Source: Fimbriosthenelais zetlandica (lineage: Eukaryota). Taken from it: a stretch of DNA of 64,000 nt. This document shows positions 27,001 to 38,375 of this stretch, piece after piece (positions within the stretch are counted from its first letter, which is position 1; each line of letters starts with the position of its first letter). The stretch covers positions 5,084,001 through 5,148,000 of the forward strand of contig OZ365112.1 of NCBI GenBank assembly GCA_977030845.1, read 5' to 3'. Position numbers and translations under genes: made by a program. The notes below the pieces were generated by a model, which was not told the origin of the DNA, ran no database searches, and saw only the letters and a list, made by a program, of their open reading frames with translations.

Positions 27001-29739
27001 CTCGACAAATGTAAACAAATGTAGGAAGTGCCTTAAGTACTTTTCACTGTTGTATCTATACTGCAAAATTACCCAAGAAGCATGTAAGGCCTACATATGT
27101 TTCCCCTACATACGTTTTACCTTGTAAATCAGTAATCAATATTAATGTAAAGAGAGCGACCTACCTCAGTAAAGCTGAAGAAGAGACCTATACCTCCGGC
27201 GATCTTGAGCGCTTGTTTCATACGAGGTTCAATTTGATCCCAGCAGGCGTGACATGAGTTACAGGTGGCGGTGGTGGCGTTACCCGGGTACTCCGCCTGG
27301 CAACATGTATCCTTCTTACCCACACAGCACGGTACCTGATAACATGAGACAAAATAATAAATTAAATATTGAAAAAACAGGATACAAATGACTTCAGCAC
27401 GGTACCTGACACGACGAGAAGACAATAATTAGAAAAAAACAGGTAGAAATTGTCGAGACAAAATTACATGTAGAAAAAAAACAGGTATAAGTCACTTCAT
27501 TAAAACTACAAACTGCCTCCACATAGGATTTGCAAAGGATTTTGTATACGGACACAAAAACAGTTTCAACATCAGAAATCATAATTATCAGACTTAAACT
27601 AAAAATATTTTTTCTGTTAATCGCAAGTACAAAACTGTAGGGAAGCGAACAAATTGTAAACTCTCTGCAGTCATTTTTTCTTAAGAGTTTTTACTTAAGA
27701 ACATTTTGTCCACATTCAGGTAAAGATTAATTCCTTGAAACTACAAACTCCATCCACAATATGGATTAGTAAATAATTGTGTAGAAGAATATAAAACAAT
27801 TTCACAGGAAGCATTATTATTACACTTTAAAATCTTCTAATCCAACCTGAAAATCTAAATATTATTTTCTATCTATAGCAAGTCAAAAGAGTCATTTGTT
27901 CTGACTTTTTATTTACAATATTTTGCCCACTTTCTGAGGTCATGACTACACTTACTGTGACACAGGAGGGGTGGCCCAGCCCCGCCTCCTCCTTGCCCTC
28001 ATGTCCACTGTACAGGTTCTGGTAATCTTTGGTGATGCCGCAGCAGTCGAGGTAATTTTGTACTTGTGTTTTGGTTGTGTTGTCAGCTTTTTGCCAGCCT
28101 GTCTGTGTGATGGCCTTCTGTTGATCAGTGTTGACGGCCAGACAAGCACAGGCCACGGCGAATTGTATGAGGAAGAGCAGGAAGAGAACGATCATATACT
28201 GAACACGGTTAAGGTCATACAGTTAGCAGCATGGAAACTTTTACTGCAGTGGAAGAAACGGCAAGACGAATACAAGCCTCCCCCCACACTAGACACTGAT
28301 ATACAATGTACATGGCTGGCATTTCACATGCCTCTCACTGTAGACAGTGGGAGACATGGCTGGCCTTTTACATGGCTCTCTGTCTCACTACAGACAGTGG
28401 GAAACATGGCTGGCCTTTTACATGGCTCTCACTACAGACAGTGGGAGACATGGCTGGCCTTTTACATGCCTCTCACCCAGACAGTGGGAGACATGTCTGA
28501 CCTCTGGCATGCCTCTCAGTTTTTTTCTCTTCTTGAACTCATACAAATACTTTCGTTAAATAAACTATAACAATTTTCACCAATGTTGAGGTGTTTTTTT
28601 CCGTCAATTAAAGGATACAAAGAAGAGCATGACTTGGTGGTGTTTGATAGCGCCGATGAGCCCCACAATAGCTATGATCATGAGAAAGACTCCACAGGCG
28701 ATGATTCCACCCATAATCTTCAGACTCGTGATCATAGCTACCATCTTCCCATAGCCGGCTACCGAGATGAGCAACAAGGCCACGAGCTGAAACAAAATTG
28801 TCATATTATTAATTCATGGATACCATATAACAATGAAGCCTGCATAGCTAATATTTTGTCTAATACCAATGTTGCCAACCCCTGTAAAAACATGAAGAAA
28901 ACAATCATACAATAAAGGTCACAAGCTTGCTCCCTTCTTTGTTCCCTTCACAAAAGTAAAAACTACAAGATGAACACTGGTTAAATTGCTTTCAATATTG
29001 CCCAAACAGAGGGCCCGGGCCTGGAAAAAAAGGTGATCACAATGACTATGTGGTGTAGTTATGTAATCAGGGGCGACTGTTACATGGCAATGAACCATGA
29101 ATGAAAAGCCCAAAGGCCGTTTTAATGTCATAGTCTTCATTGAGAATATCATAAAGATGTGGATAGAAAATGAAATGAATTCAGAATTTTAGTAACATTT
29201 AATCCAGGGGGTGCCACGCCCCCAAATATATTTTTCAGATCTTCAATAAATAATAATGGTTCTGCCAGGAAATGGATTCTACAGTTGATGTCTCACAATG
29301 CATAGTAATGAATATACATTAGAGTAAATTGTACGTAAAATATAGTAAGTTCCCGGTTTCAGAGACAGGGAAACAACCATCTCAGTGGCTTTAGATTTGG
29401 AGTTTATTCTGGATATTAACAGTCAATGATTTATTTCTATTTAACCTGTCCTATAAAGTCACAAGTGTTATAGCCACCACAGACCTAACATTATAATGGC
29501 CTGAGCAGAACAGAGGTAACGAATATAATGAGACAATGAGTCAGAGAGGCAGATGACGCAGATTAGGTACAGAACATGATGATGGCTTTCACCCAGGCAG
29601 CAGTCGCAGCACCCAGGGCTCGAGACTCGAGTGACACTCCGCCAGAGAAAGGGGAAGAAACTAAACCACTCACCACGTAAAGAACGTTCAAGGCGGCCAG
29701 GGCATTTTTAGAGCACGTAAATCCTCCGCATCCAGCCAT
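24051..29739 (-). CDS. TSPAN13: Tetraspanin-13/31 family protein, 240 aa, 5 coding exons
   Basis: Exons 29739-29674 ([22 protein letters not shown]), 28786-28619, 28198-27956 (CCG motif in NYLDCCG), 27335-27165 and 24125-24051 ([24 protein letters not shown]). All junctions are phase 0 and GT-AG. The C-terminus [13 protein letters not shown] is diagnostic of TSPAN13/TSPAN31, so this is probably co-orthologous to both. Confidence 0.93.
28199..28618 (-). other. U12-type (minor spliceosome) GT-AG intron, tetraspanin intron 2
   Basis: Donor GTATCCTTT at 28618. Branch site GACCTTAAC (CCTTAAC at 28214-28208) lies just upstream of the CAG at 28201-28199, with no polypyrimidine tract. Confidence 0.9.
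28306..28515. repeat. Degenerate ~38-45 bp tandem repeat inside the U12 intron
   Basis: About 5 copies of GACAGTGGGAGACATGGCTGGCCTTTTACATG(G/C)CTCTC. Confidence 0.85.
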
Positions 29740-30049
29740 GATTGAGGTTGATGGAGCACGGTGAGTGTGTAGATCGCCGGTAGATGTGAGTCAAAGCAGA
29801 GATGGAGTGACAGATGTTACTTGTTGTGGTCATGTGTGACCAAGATGGCGGACTGTAGTAAAACGGAAGCGGAAATACGTCATCAAGTAAAATCCACCTG
29901 ATAAAACTCTTATTTTAACGCTTTTTGGGAATTTTAACAACCGGATATTTCAGTATATACAGTCTACCTTAGTGAATATTCTTTTTAAAGTATTTTATAT
30001 CGCTCAAACGGATGTCGTAAAAAAGTGCGTACCCTCTGACGGTAGCAAG
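29740..30049. promoter_or_regulatory. Bidirectional promoter, TSPAN / GALK1
   Basis: 310 bp between divergent ATGs. YY1-type CAAGATGGCGG at 29841 and again over the GALK ATG (CAAGATGGCGGCC); tandem ETS-type CGGAAGCGGAAA at 29864-29875; adjacent TACGTCA. Confidence 0.7.
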
Positions 30050-33000
30050 ATGGCGGCCGAAGGACTGTCTCAGTACCAGAATCAAGATGTTGTACTTCAG
30101 AAATGTGTGGAGAACTTCAAAAATAAGTTCGGATCGGACCCAGAAAGAGCGGCAGCAGCTCCGGGACGTGTAAATCTTATCGGGGAACACACTGATTATA
30201 ATGAAGGCTTCGTTTTTCCCATGGTAAGTGTGTGTGTATTGGGGCCACGTCGCCCGTTTTGCGGTTGGCGCCGGGTCCGGCACGCCCCCCTCCCGCCTAG
30301 CTGCTCCCGCCAAGTTTGACTGCCGGATCTATAGCCCTCAAAGTAAGACAGGGGGACGCCGATGATTACAATTAGCAGATAAACTATGTGGAATGTGATT
30401 AATGATGATAATTAATGGCGCTTGGCATGACATGTCTTAACTTGGAGATGCTATAATTTACAAAGTGGGCGTAAACGAATTACTGTCGAATCTAATCTGT
30501 TAGTGTTATCGATTTTGAAGTACCGGTAACAAAAACAAAATGAAGATAGTCTATGTTCGGCTCAAATTTTCATGATGCATGTTAATAATTAATTAATATT
30601 TCAGGCTCTGCCCATGGTGACGGTCATTGTGGGTACCAAGACAACTACTGGTTTATGCCGTATCCTGACAACAGCAGAAAATGTCGATGAACCTAAATAC
30701 ATTGAATTTGCTCCGCCCTCAGCAAGCAGCAAACTGGAGCCAGGAAAACCTTCATGGGCCAACTATGTGAAGGGTGTCCTCGTACATTTCCCTGGTAGGA
30801 AATGGGGATTTATATTACAAAATCAACCTCTCCAATACTAAAAAAAAACTCCAATATTTCTGTTCTACCTCATTTTTCTCAGTGAATATTCACCAAAAAT
30901 TCACTTAATATTTATTATTTGGCATATCTAACATTAAAATTTGATTCTGTGTATGAATTTCTATTTTTAAAGCGGGAGGCACCGAGTTCAATTCCCGAAA
31001 CATTCCCCTAATTTGCCATTGGCATTGTACCGGTATTTCAGGTGAGGTACCATCGTTTGATGCATGTATCTGTACCGCGGTACCTCTGGGAGGAGGACTG
31101 TCCAGCTCCGCCTCACTAGAGGTCGCCACCTACACCTTCCTGGAGACGCTGACTGACACAGTAGGTGTGACGTCACAGAAGGACAAGGCTCTGGTATGTC
31201 AGAAGGCGGAGCATACTCACGCCAGTATGCCGTGTGGCATCATGGATCAGTTTATATCTGTCATGGGTAAAGAGGACCGCGCTCTCTTACTGGATTGCAG
31301 GTAAAACTACAAATTACAAGATGCATTTTTGTAATTTTAGCCTAAAATTTTAGGCTAAACATTGTAGGATAAAACCTCCCTGTGATAGGTTAGGACTGGG
31401 AAAATGTGTCCACTATTTGGAGGTGCTCCCTAATCAGAGGGAGTTGTATATGAAACCTAAAGGACGTTGGGACTGTAAAGGTTTTCACTACACATGTCCT
31501 TAGTAACTTATCAAAAGGAAATAACACAAAAGTAATTGGTCTTCACACGCCGAAAATATTTAAACTTAAATTATTAATGCAGATTATGCGTCAAATAATC
31601 GAATGTAAATTATTAATGGAATGTTTGTTTCAGATCGATGGAGGGTGAGCTGGTCCCCATGAAGGATCCCAGCGCCCTGATACTCATCACTAACTCTAAC
31701 GTTACTCACGAGCTGAGTAGCAGCGAGTACCCACAGAGACGAGCTCACTGTGAACAGACGGCCGAGCTACTCGGCAAGAAGTCACTCCGTGAGGCCACCA
31801 TGGCTGACCTCGATGGTACGTTATGACAGCTTCTCCTATAGACAATACAGAGGCCAATATAAAATGATTTTACCAACTAACAAATGGAAAAAGTGGTCTC
31901 TATAAGGAGATGGTCGCATTATGGAGGGGGAGTTAAGATATAAGGAGAAGGGGAACTATTGAATGAGTGAAATTGTTCACTGTAAGGAGGTGTTCACTAA
32001 TAATAGGAAGCGTTATAAGACTCTTATACAGTGCTCCCCACTAAGGCGACCGCTTTTACGACTGACCCAAAATGGTCTCTATAAGGAGGTGGTCGAATCA
32101 TGGGGAGATAAGGCCAAGATGTTAATCAGAGGGGGCTGTATACAGCACCTAAGAACTTGTTTAATATATAGTTTCTCGTACATATTTCTACATTATTTGT
32201 AGCTAAATACTCGGGGGTGAAGGTATGTGAAATTTTGCACTGTATTCACAAAATATTCAGAAATTGTAGGTAAATCGTCGGAGGTAAAGGAGATTAAAAG
32301 TGTTCACTGTAAGGAGGTGTTCACTAAATGTCGAGATTATTTGTAGGTAAATCGTCGGAGGTGAAGGGGTGTAAAGTGCTCATTGTAAGGAGGTGTTCAC
32401 TATATGTCTCCATTATTTTGTAGGTAAATCGTCGGAGGTGAAGGGGTGAAAAGTGCTCACTGTAAGGAGGTGTTCACTAAATGTCTCCATTATTTTGTAG
32501 GTAAATCGTCGGAGGTTGACCGGGTAGCGTACCGCCGCGCGCGTCATGTGATCACGGAGATCGCGCGGTGTCAGGAGGCGGCGGGCGCGCTAAAGGCGGG
32601 AGACATGGTCAGGTTTGGTCAGCTCATGGTAGACAGCCACACCTCACTCAGGGATGACTTTGAGGTGTCGTGTAGAGAGCTGGACGTACTGGTAGCAGCC
32701 GCCGTGGAGGTGGAGGGTGTGTTTGGATCACGGATGACTGGGGGAGGTTTTGGTGGATGTACAGTCACACTTATACGGAGCGACGCCGTGGACAAGGCCA
32801 TCAAACACATCAAGGTACAATTTACTTTTTCTTACGAAATTTTACTTTGAAATAAAAAAGATGATTCATAAAAACACTCTTTTACAGATTCAGGCCGAAA
32901 TACGTATGCATTATTAGAATAGAGATTTTAAACTGGCTCCAACCTGTGAACACTTTACGTATATTAGTGTAATTCAATTTTCCCTACAATCCTATCTGGA

Positions 33001-33160
33001 TTCATACCAGACTGTGTAGCAATTGAGCACCAGGCTTGGTGAACATTTTCATCACTAATTTTGTTGGCATTTGTTTTTACAGAAAGTCTACGAGGGTAAC
33101 GCGACCTTTTATCTGTGCAAGGCGTCAGACGGTGCTCGTGTGATTCAGCTAGCTGAATAA
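30050..33160 (+). CDS. GALK1: Galactokinase (GHMP kinase), 398 aa, 6 coding exons
   Basis: Exons 30050-30223, 30605-30794, 31042-31300, 31634-31815, 32501-32814 and 33083-33160, with consistent phases. Motifs [35 protein letters not shown] and [12 protein letters not shown] are present. Confidence 0.96.
32195..32516 (+). repeat. 77-bp tandem repeat spanning the GALK1 exon-5 acceptor
   Basis: TTGTAG|GTAAATCGTCGGAGGT with exon-start positions 32270, 32347, 32424 and 32501, plus a degenerate copy at about 32203. Confidence 0.9.
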
Positions 33161-33757
33161 ACGTCCACACAATGTCCGAGATAACCAGGGTTGTGAATCC
33201 AAATTATACATCTTTACCTTATACATACCAGCAGTGCTTGATCAAAACTATTCAGGGACATTTAACAAGTTTGCCATGCAGATTACTTCAAAAGGAACAC
33301 AAATTGTCTATTTTGGCTAATTTTACATTCCCGGTTTTTCTGTATTAATCTGATACTCACTATGTTGTTATAGCCGCAGTGCAATACGTCTTACGTATAG
33401 CATGGTCGGGATATATATGCCATGTAGAGAGAATAAAAAACTGGTCAACAATTGTCAATAAAAGTTCTTTACAACAACCAATGTTTGTATTCAATCACAG
33501 TGCGTTACAAATGCCAGTGAACGTGGCACATCAGAATCATTTCAAATGATTTACAAGTATAATAGTTGTCATTAACAGTTCTATTAAATATCAATTTCAG
33601 ATAGTCTCGGCTTTGTCCAGATAGTCCCCATTTGTCCAGATAGTCCCGTTTCCAGACGCACTTTTGTCCAGAAAGTCCCTGAATCTCGAGCAATATTCAA
33701 GCACTTTTTTCACTTTGCTCAATCCAGCCCGTTAAGTCTAGTACTTATCTTTGTGTT

Positions 33758-36700
33758 CTACCATTTAATTGTTAAGGCGTTGGTGATTTTCTCCACCTCG
33801 TGGTACTGTGTATGTAGAATGTGTGTAGTTTTCTCGCTCTCAGCCCCGCCCATCCACTCATACAGTTTATCTATGTAAGGAGCAGACTCCGGGGCTCTAC
33901 AGGGGACCTGGTTATACAGGGATTTAACTCGTGATAGTAGATCTTTAGCTGTCTCTTCACCCTCAGGACGCAGCTGACCACCGCCATTCAAACAACCTGT
34001 AATAAATATAGAATATTTAAATATTAAATGAGCTTGATAACTAACAGGGTTTGTCAACATGAATTTACATTCGTGTAAATATTTGACGGACATCACAATA
34101 CATTTTCCAATCTCGCAAAATATTAAACTCTAGATTCTGTGAACTGCTGTAATACAGGTACCGCTTTTGAGTAAAAAAATAATCTTGAATATAATATAAT
34201 ATAAACGGTATTTCTTATTATGTAATAAAATGAATTTTTAATGGTATATTAAGTAGATAGATGTCTAAGTCAATTATAAATGAATGCTGTCTTACCTGAG
34301 GGACATGCCATGACTTCCACAAAGTGATAAGAACATTTTCCGCGCTTCACTTTCTGTACAATATTCTGTATATTTCTGAAGCCGTAGGCCAAGGCGAACT
34401 TCAACACCGCCTTCCCCTCCAACTCTACACTCACCTCCTGAAAATCCTGATTCCTGAAAATATTATAAATAAAAGCAATGTTTTTTCAGTCGGGGAAGTT
34501 AGAGATTACCATGACAGATAGTCTCAGAAAAGAGAGACATGTAATATAATGTATAGGCAGACAATTTATAGGCAAACAATTAGTTCTTAGAGGTGTTTTT
34601 TTTAAATTTAATAATTAGACAGCTACAATTGGCCTCAGCCTGAAATGCAGCTTTGCCACAAAGGCAAAAAACAATTAAGTTAAAGAGAAAAAAAATACAT
34701 CGATCAGCAGTGGATATATGGTGAGTTAAACATATTTCTAGTTGAGGAATAATAATAGTTTAATTTTAAGATACATGTATATCTAATCATCCACCACTGA
34801 CAATAATTATGAAGTGTATAAAGCCTTGGTAACAAGTACAGTACTTACCTCATGACTTTATATTGCACGTGTTCTAAATGTGTATTAAATAACTCCTGGC
34901 TGGCGTATCTGACGATGTGTTCAAGATATCCACCCGACCCTCCACCAGCATGGCTCAACAACTCCTCACCCGTACCTACACTGAAATAGTCCAAACATTA
35001 ATATTAAGCTTTCAAATACAATTGATTTCCTTGGGGCCCTATTTTTCCATAAGGGGCCCGTTTGTGAGCACCCATCAGCCCTAGATTCCAAAATCCAAGA
35101 TGAATCTATATTCATGTGTTAATAATTTGCTAACACTATGACATTGTTCTGATCGTCGATATCATTAGTATATATAATATATAGTCTATACTCGCTTTTA
35201 GTAATACAAACACTCACAGTGAATCTAAGGCCTGCTCCTCTAAATCTGCCAGTGACACTTTCTCCTGAGCCAGCATCAAGTCGACCTCCCCTGGAAAAAA
35301 ATGTTTAATGTTAACAAACATGGATAACCATCCAGTCAACGTTTTACTATATTTGTGAGTGAAATTGAGAAAAGTTCAACTTTGTGCGTGTTGTCCCTTC
35401 ACGATTTTTATAGTTGGACAGACTGGGCTTATTCTAGCCAGAGATGTCTTTTTATATGTACTAATTTTTAGACTTTTTTAGTGAAAACATTGACAAACAG
35501 GGCTACCCGTCCAGTGAGCACCCACCTGATGTAATGACCAGTGAGAGTAATGACCAGTGAGAGTAGCACCCACCTGATGTAATGACACAGTCCACGTCCC
35601 GCGTGGAGTATACGTCGCTGTAGAAATCCTCTCTGGAAGCTTCTAGTTTTTTATCAAAGCACGGCATGACGGTCACGTGGTAGAGCTGGTCTGGTTTTAG
35701 AGTGAGCAGCTCAGTGAGGTAGGACTTCACCAGGGATCCCATCACCTGCTGCGGTGATTTAGTGGAGGAGATGTGAGGCAGGATGTACGACCCGTGAGTC
35801 TTCTCAGCATAACACACCCAGCCTGAAAATATCAAAGTCAGATTTTAAATTAAAAAAATGTCTCAGGAAGATGAGAAAAGGAGGGGAGTTAGCTCAGTTG
35901 GTTAGAGCGCCAGCTCATACGATTGACCAATGATCGAAGGGTCGGCGATTCAACCCCCTGAGCTGTCCAAGGCATTTCCAATGCCTCCCTCCTCACTGTT
36001 GTACATATGTTCTAGAGCACACGCACCTAGAAATATCCATTGCACAGAAGGCAATGTAGCAATGCACTTAGAAAGAGCCCCCAGCTGAAAATCATACCAT
36101 TACGAGAAACTTGAGTAATCAAGAGTGTGAGCTGGTATTCACCCATAACAGGCTCTATAAAGATTCCAACTAAAAAAAAACAAGAAAAAAAACATGCTGT
36201 CGGCACACAATAGCCTGCTCTTCTGAATGGGTGTTTTACATGACTCTAACCACAGAAGGGGTCGGGGACATGTCTGGCCTTTGATATCCCAGTTACCTGC
36301 ACTGGTTGAATTTGGAGAATGCTTGGGGAATTGAACCCGGAACATTGCAAGTTAAACACTCTAACACCTCACAACGTTGATGTGAAATATCCAATTCCAA
36401 CTCGAATTCCAAAATCCAAAAACTTCTATATATAATATTCTAAGGCAAGCTAGGATTTAATCATTGCGGATTTATAATGTTATTTAACAGGAACAATTTT
36501 CAAAAATTCAATTGTATTCTAGGTATTTAAGAAAAGTTTGGATTAATAATTTTAGATGATTTACCGGGACAAGCTGAGGCGAGCATGGGTAGGGCTGTCT
36601 TGTCTTCATCTCTTCTCCGGTATCGCCGCACAAACTCCTTACAACTCTCTATCAGACTAAAATCACGCGCCAAGTTCGTGTCAAATACATAATCAGCCCC

Positions 36701-38088
36701 TATAAAAAGATTATACCAGTATAGGTCAAAAATAAATAGGAGAGACGGGAGCAAGTTCTAACAATATACACTTTTTTTATCAAGTCATTCAGGGCTAATT
36801 TCTATATTACATATACGGTAGCACATAATAGGAAAGTAGACGTAATAATAGGGATTTACTGAATTTCAAACGATTATCAAGGATTCATCATTTAAAAAAA
36901 CAGTTTTCACACAGAATTAAAACGAGGAGAGACCGACCTAATCTCTTGAAGAAAGCAGTCAGTTTGAGGGCGGTTTGATGAGATGATAAGTTATATTTAG
37001 CAGCGAGAGACGCCCGCGACTGAGGTGAGACGGACACCACGATCAGCTTCTGCTCTCCTGTCTGAAAATTAAAAAAGAAGTATTAATATAATTGTACTGA
37101 CCTGGGGTGGAAACAGTGGAGAGTGTGTGTCAGAGACCCGGGTTCGATTCCCGGTCTGGCAACAAGAGCACATGCAGTTTTCCGCTGATGTCCCCCAGAG
37201 TCATTACAATATGGGATAAGACCAGGATTAAATGAAGCCTGACAAATATTTCTAAAATCCGACATAAAGTTATGGAATGAATTGAATAACCCCCGAGTGT
37301 ACCCACCTCCTTGAGTTTAGCATTGTTGGCCAGCACCCTGTAGAACTCGTCCTGACTTTGTTGTGTGATGAGGACGCTTTCTGCTGATGTGATACAGCCT
37401 GAACACGCCAGACAGTCATTCAGTGTGATCTGAGCCTTCTCTAGCTTCACCTCACCACCATCCTGTTATCAAAATATACCGTATATTAATTTAAAACAAG
37501 TAAATATCTCAAAATTTAATATGACAATAGGTCTAGGAGCTACATAATGCATGAAGAATTATACAATGTCATGGAGTTTTATGTCCATTCATAATTTGGA
37601 ACATTTTCAGAAGTATAAATTCATAAAAAAAAATACCTGTCCCACGCCTATATATGAGCCATCTTCTTCTATCTTGATTTTGGCAGTTTTACCAGGACGT
37701 CTTTCAACCTTCACTGGTTTTATACATTCCTAGTAAACAGAATGAAAAGATGAATTAATGTGGCATGTAAATGTGTCCAGTCATCAGTGCTTTAGTAGTC
37801 AGCCTGAGCCTGAATAACAGAGGGAAGTCTGACGGGAGGTGCACGGGGGGAGACCCGTGCAGCCCTTCGGTTTCTGCCGTCATCGGGACGAGGGGGCGAA
37901 ACTGAGGCCCATTATAGAGGTTTTCCAAAGGAATTAAAAGGCAAAATGACAGGTTTTGATAAGAATATACTCAGAGAATTGTTATACAGTTGAAAACACT
38001 TAGTTATAATAATTTTTATTACCTGGGAAGGAGTAATAAAGTCATCTAGATCTGTCAGTTGCAGCGCACTGCTGAAGTTGGACGCCAT
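33758..38088 (-). CDS. CIAO3: Cytosolic Fe-S cluster assembly factor CIAO3/NARFL (Nar1, hydrogenase-like), 474 aa, 10 coding exons
   Basis: Exons 38088-38023, 37729-37637, 37462-37307, 37061-36938, 36699-36565, 35822-35574, 35290-35218, 34980-34849, 34453-34296 and 33996-33758, with consistent phases. Motifs [68 protein letters not shown] and LHTQYH are present. Confidence 0.96.
35883..35995 (+). mobile_element. tRNA-derived SINE (tRNA-Ile/Met-like head)
   Basis: A-box TAGCTCAGTTGG and B-box-like GATTCAACCCC. It cannot form a clean cloverleaf, and its body is shared with the copy at about 59237. Confidence 0.7.
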
Positions 38089-38375
38089 CTTGGATAGACA
38101 AGTTCCGGTTCCGGCGGGTCGGAACGAGGAATCAAGTTGTCTACCAAACAGTGGCGCCCTCTTCATCGACGGCGAACGAAGGAACTACGTACAAAACGTG
38201 GCGCCCTCTCTAGAAACGGTGAACGAAGGAACTACGTACTTCCGGGGGCCAGCACGTGGATATTAAAAGTTAAGCGGGCGCACTTCCGGTCCAAAGTGTT
38301 GTTGTTGGAAAGTGGACACTTCTGCAGTCGGAATTTTCGCACTTACCTCAAAAGAAAGGGGGATCTGGACGCAAG
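38089..38375. promoter_or_regulatory. Bidirectional promoter, CIAO3 / MLST8
   Basis: 287 bp between divergent ATGs. ETS motifs ACTTCCGG at 38238 and 38282, TTCCGG at 38103 and 38109, E-box CACGTG near 38253, and an internally duplicated 47-bp module. Confidence 0.75.

Noticed and set aside
27971-28915. Plus-strand ORFs of 199 and 110 aa
   Set aside because: They are antisense shadows of tetraspanin exons plus the intronic repeat.
29972-30049. N-terminal extension of GALK1 from the GTG start in the ORF track
   Set aside because: It lies in the bidirectional promoter. ATG 30050 has a strong context and gives the expected protein length.
35883-35962. Possible tRNA-Ile/Met gene
   Set aside because: It has extra sequence between the anticodon region and T-arm, no pairing acceptor stem, and a diverged second copy with a shared downstream body. 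A SINE explains it better.
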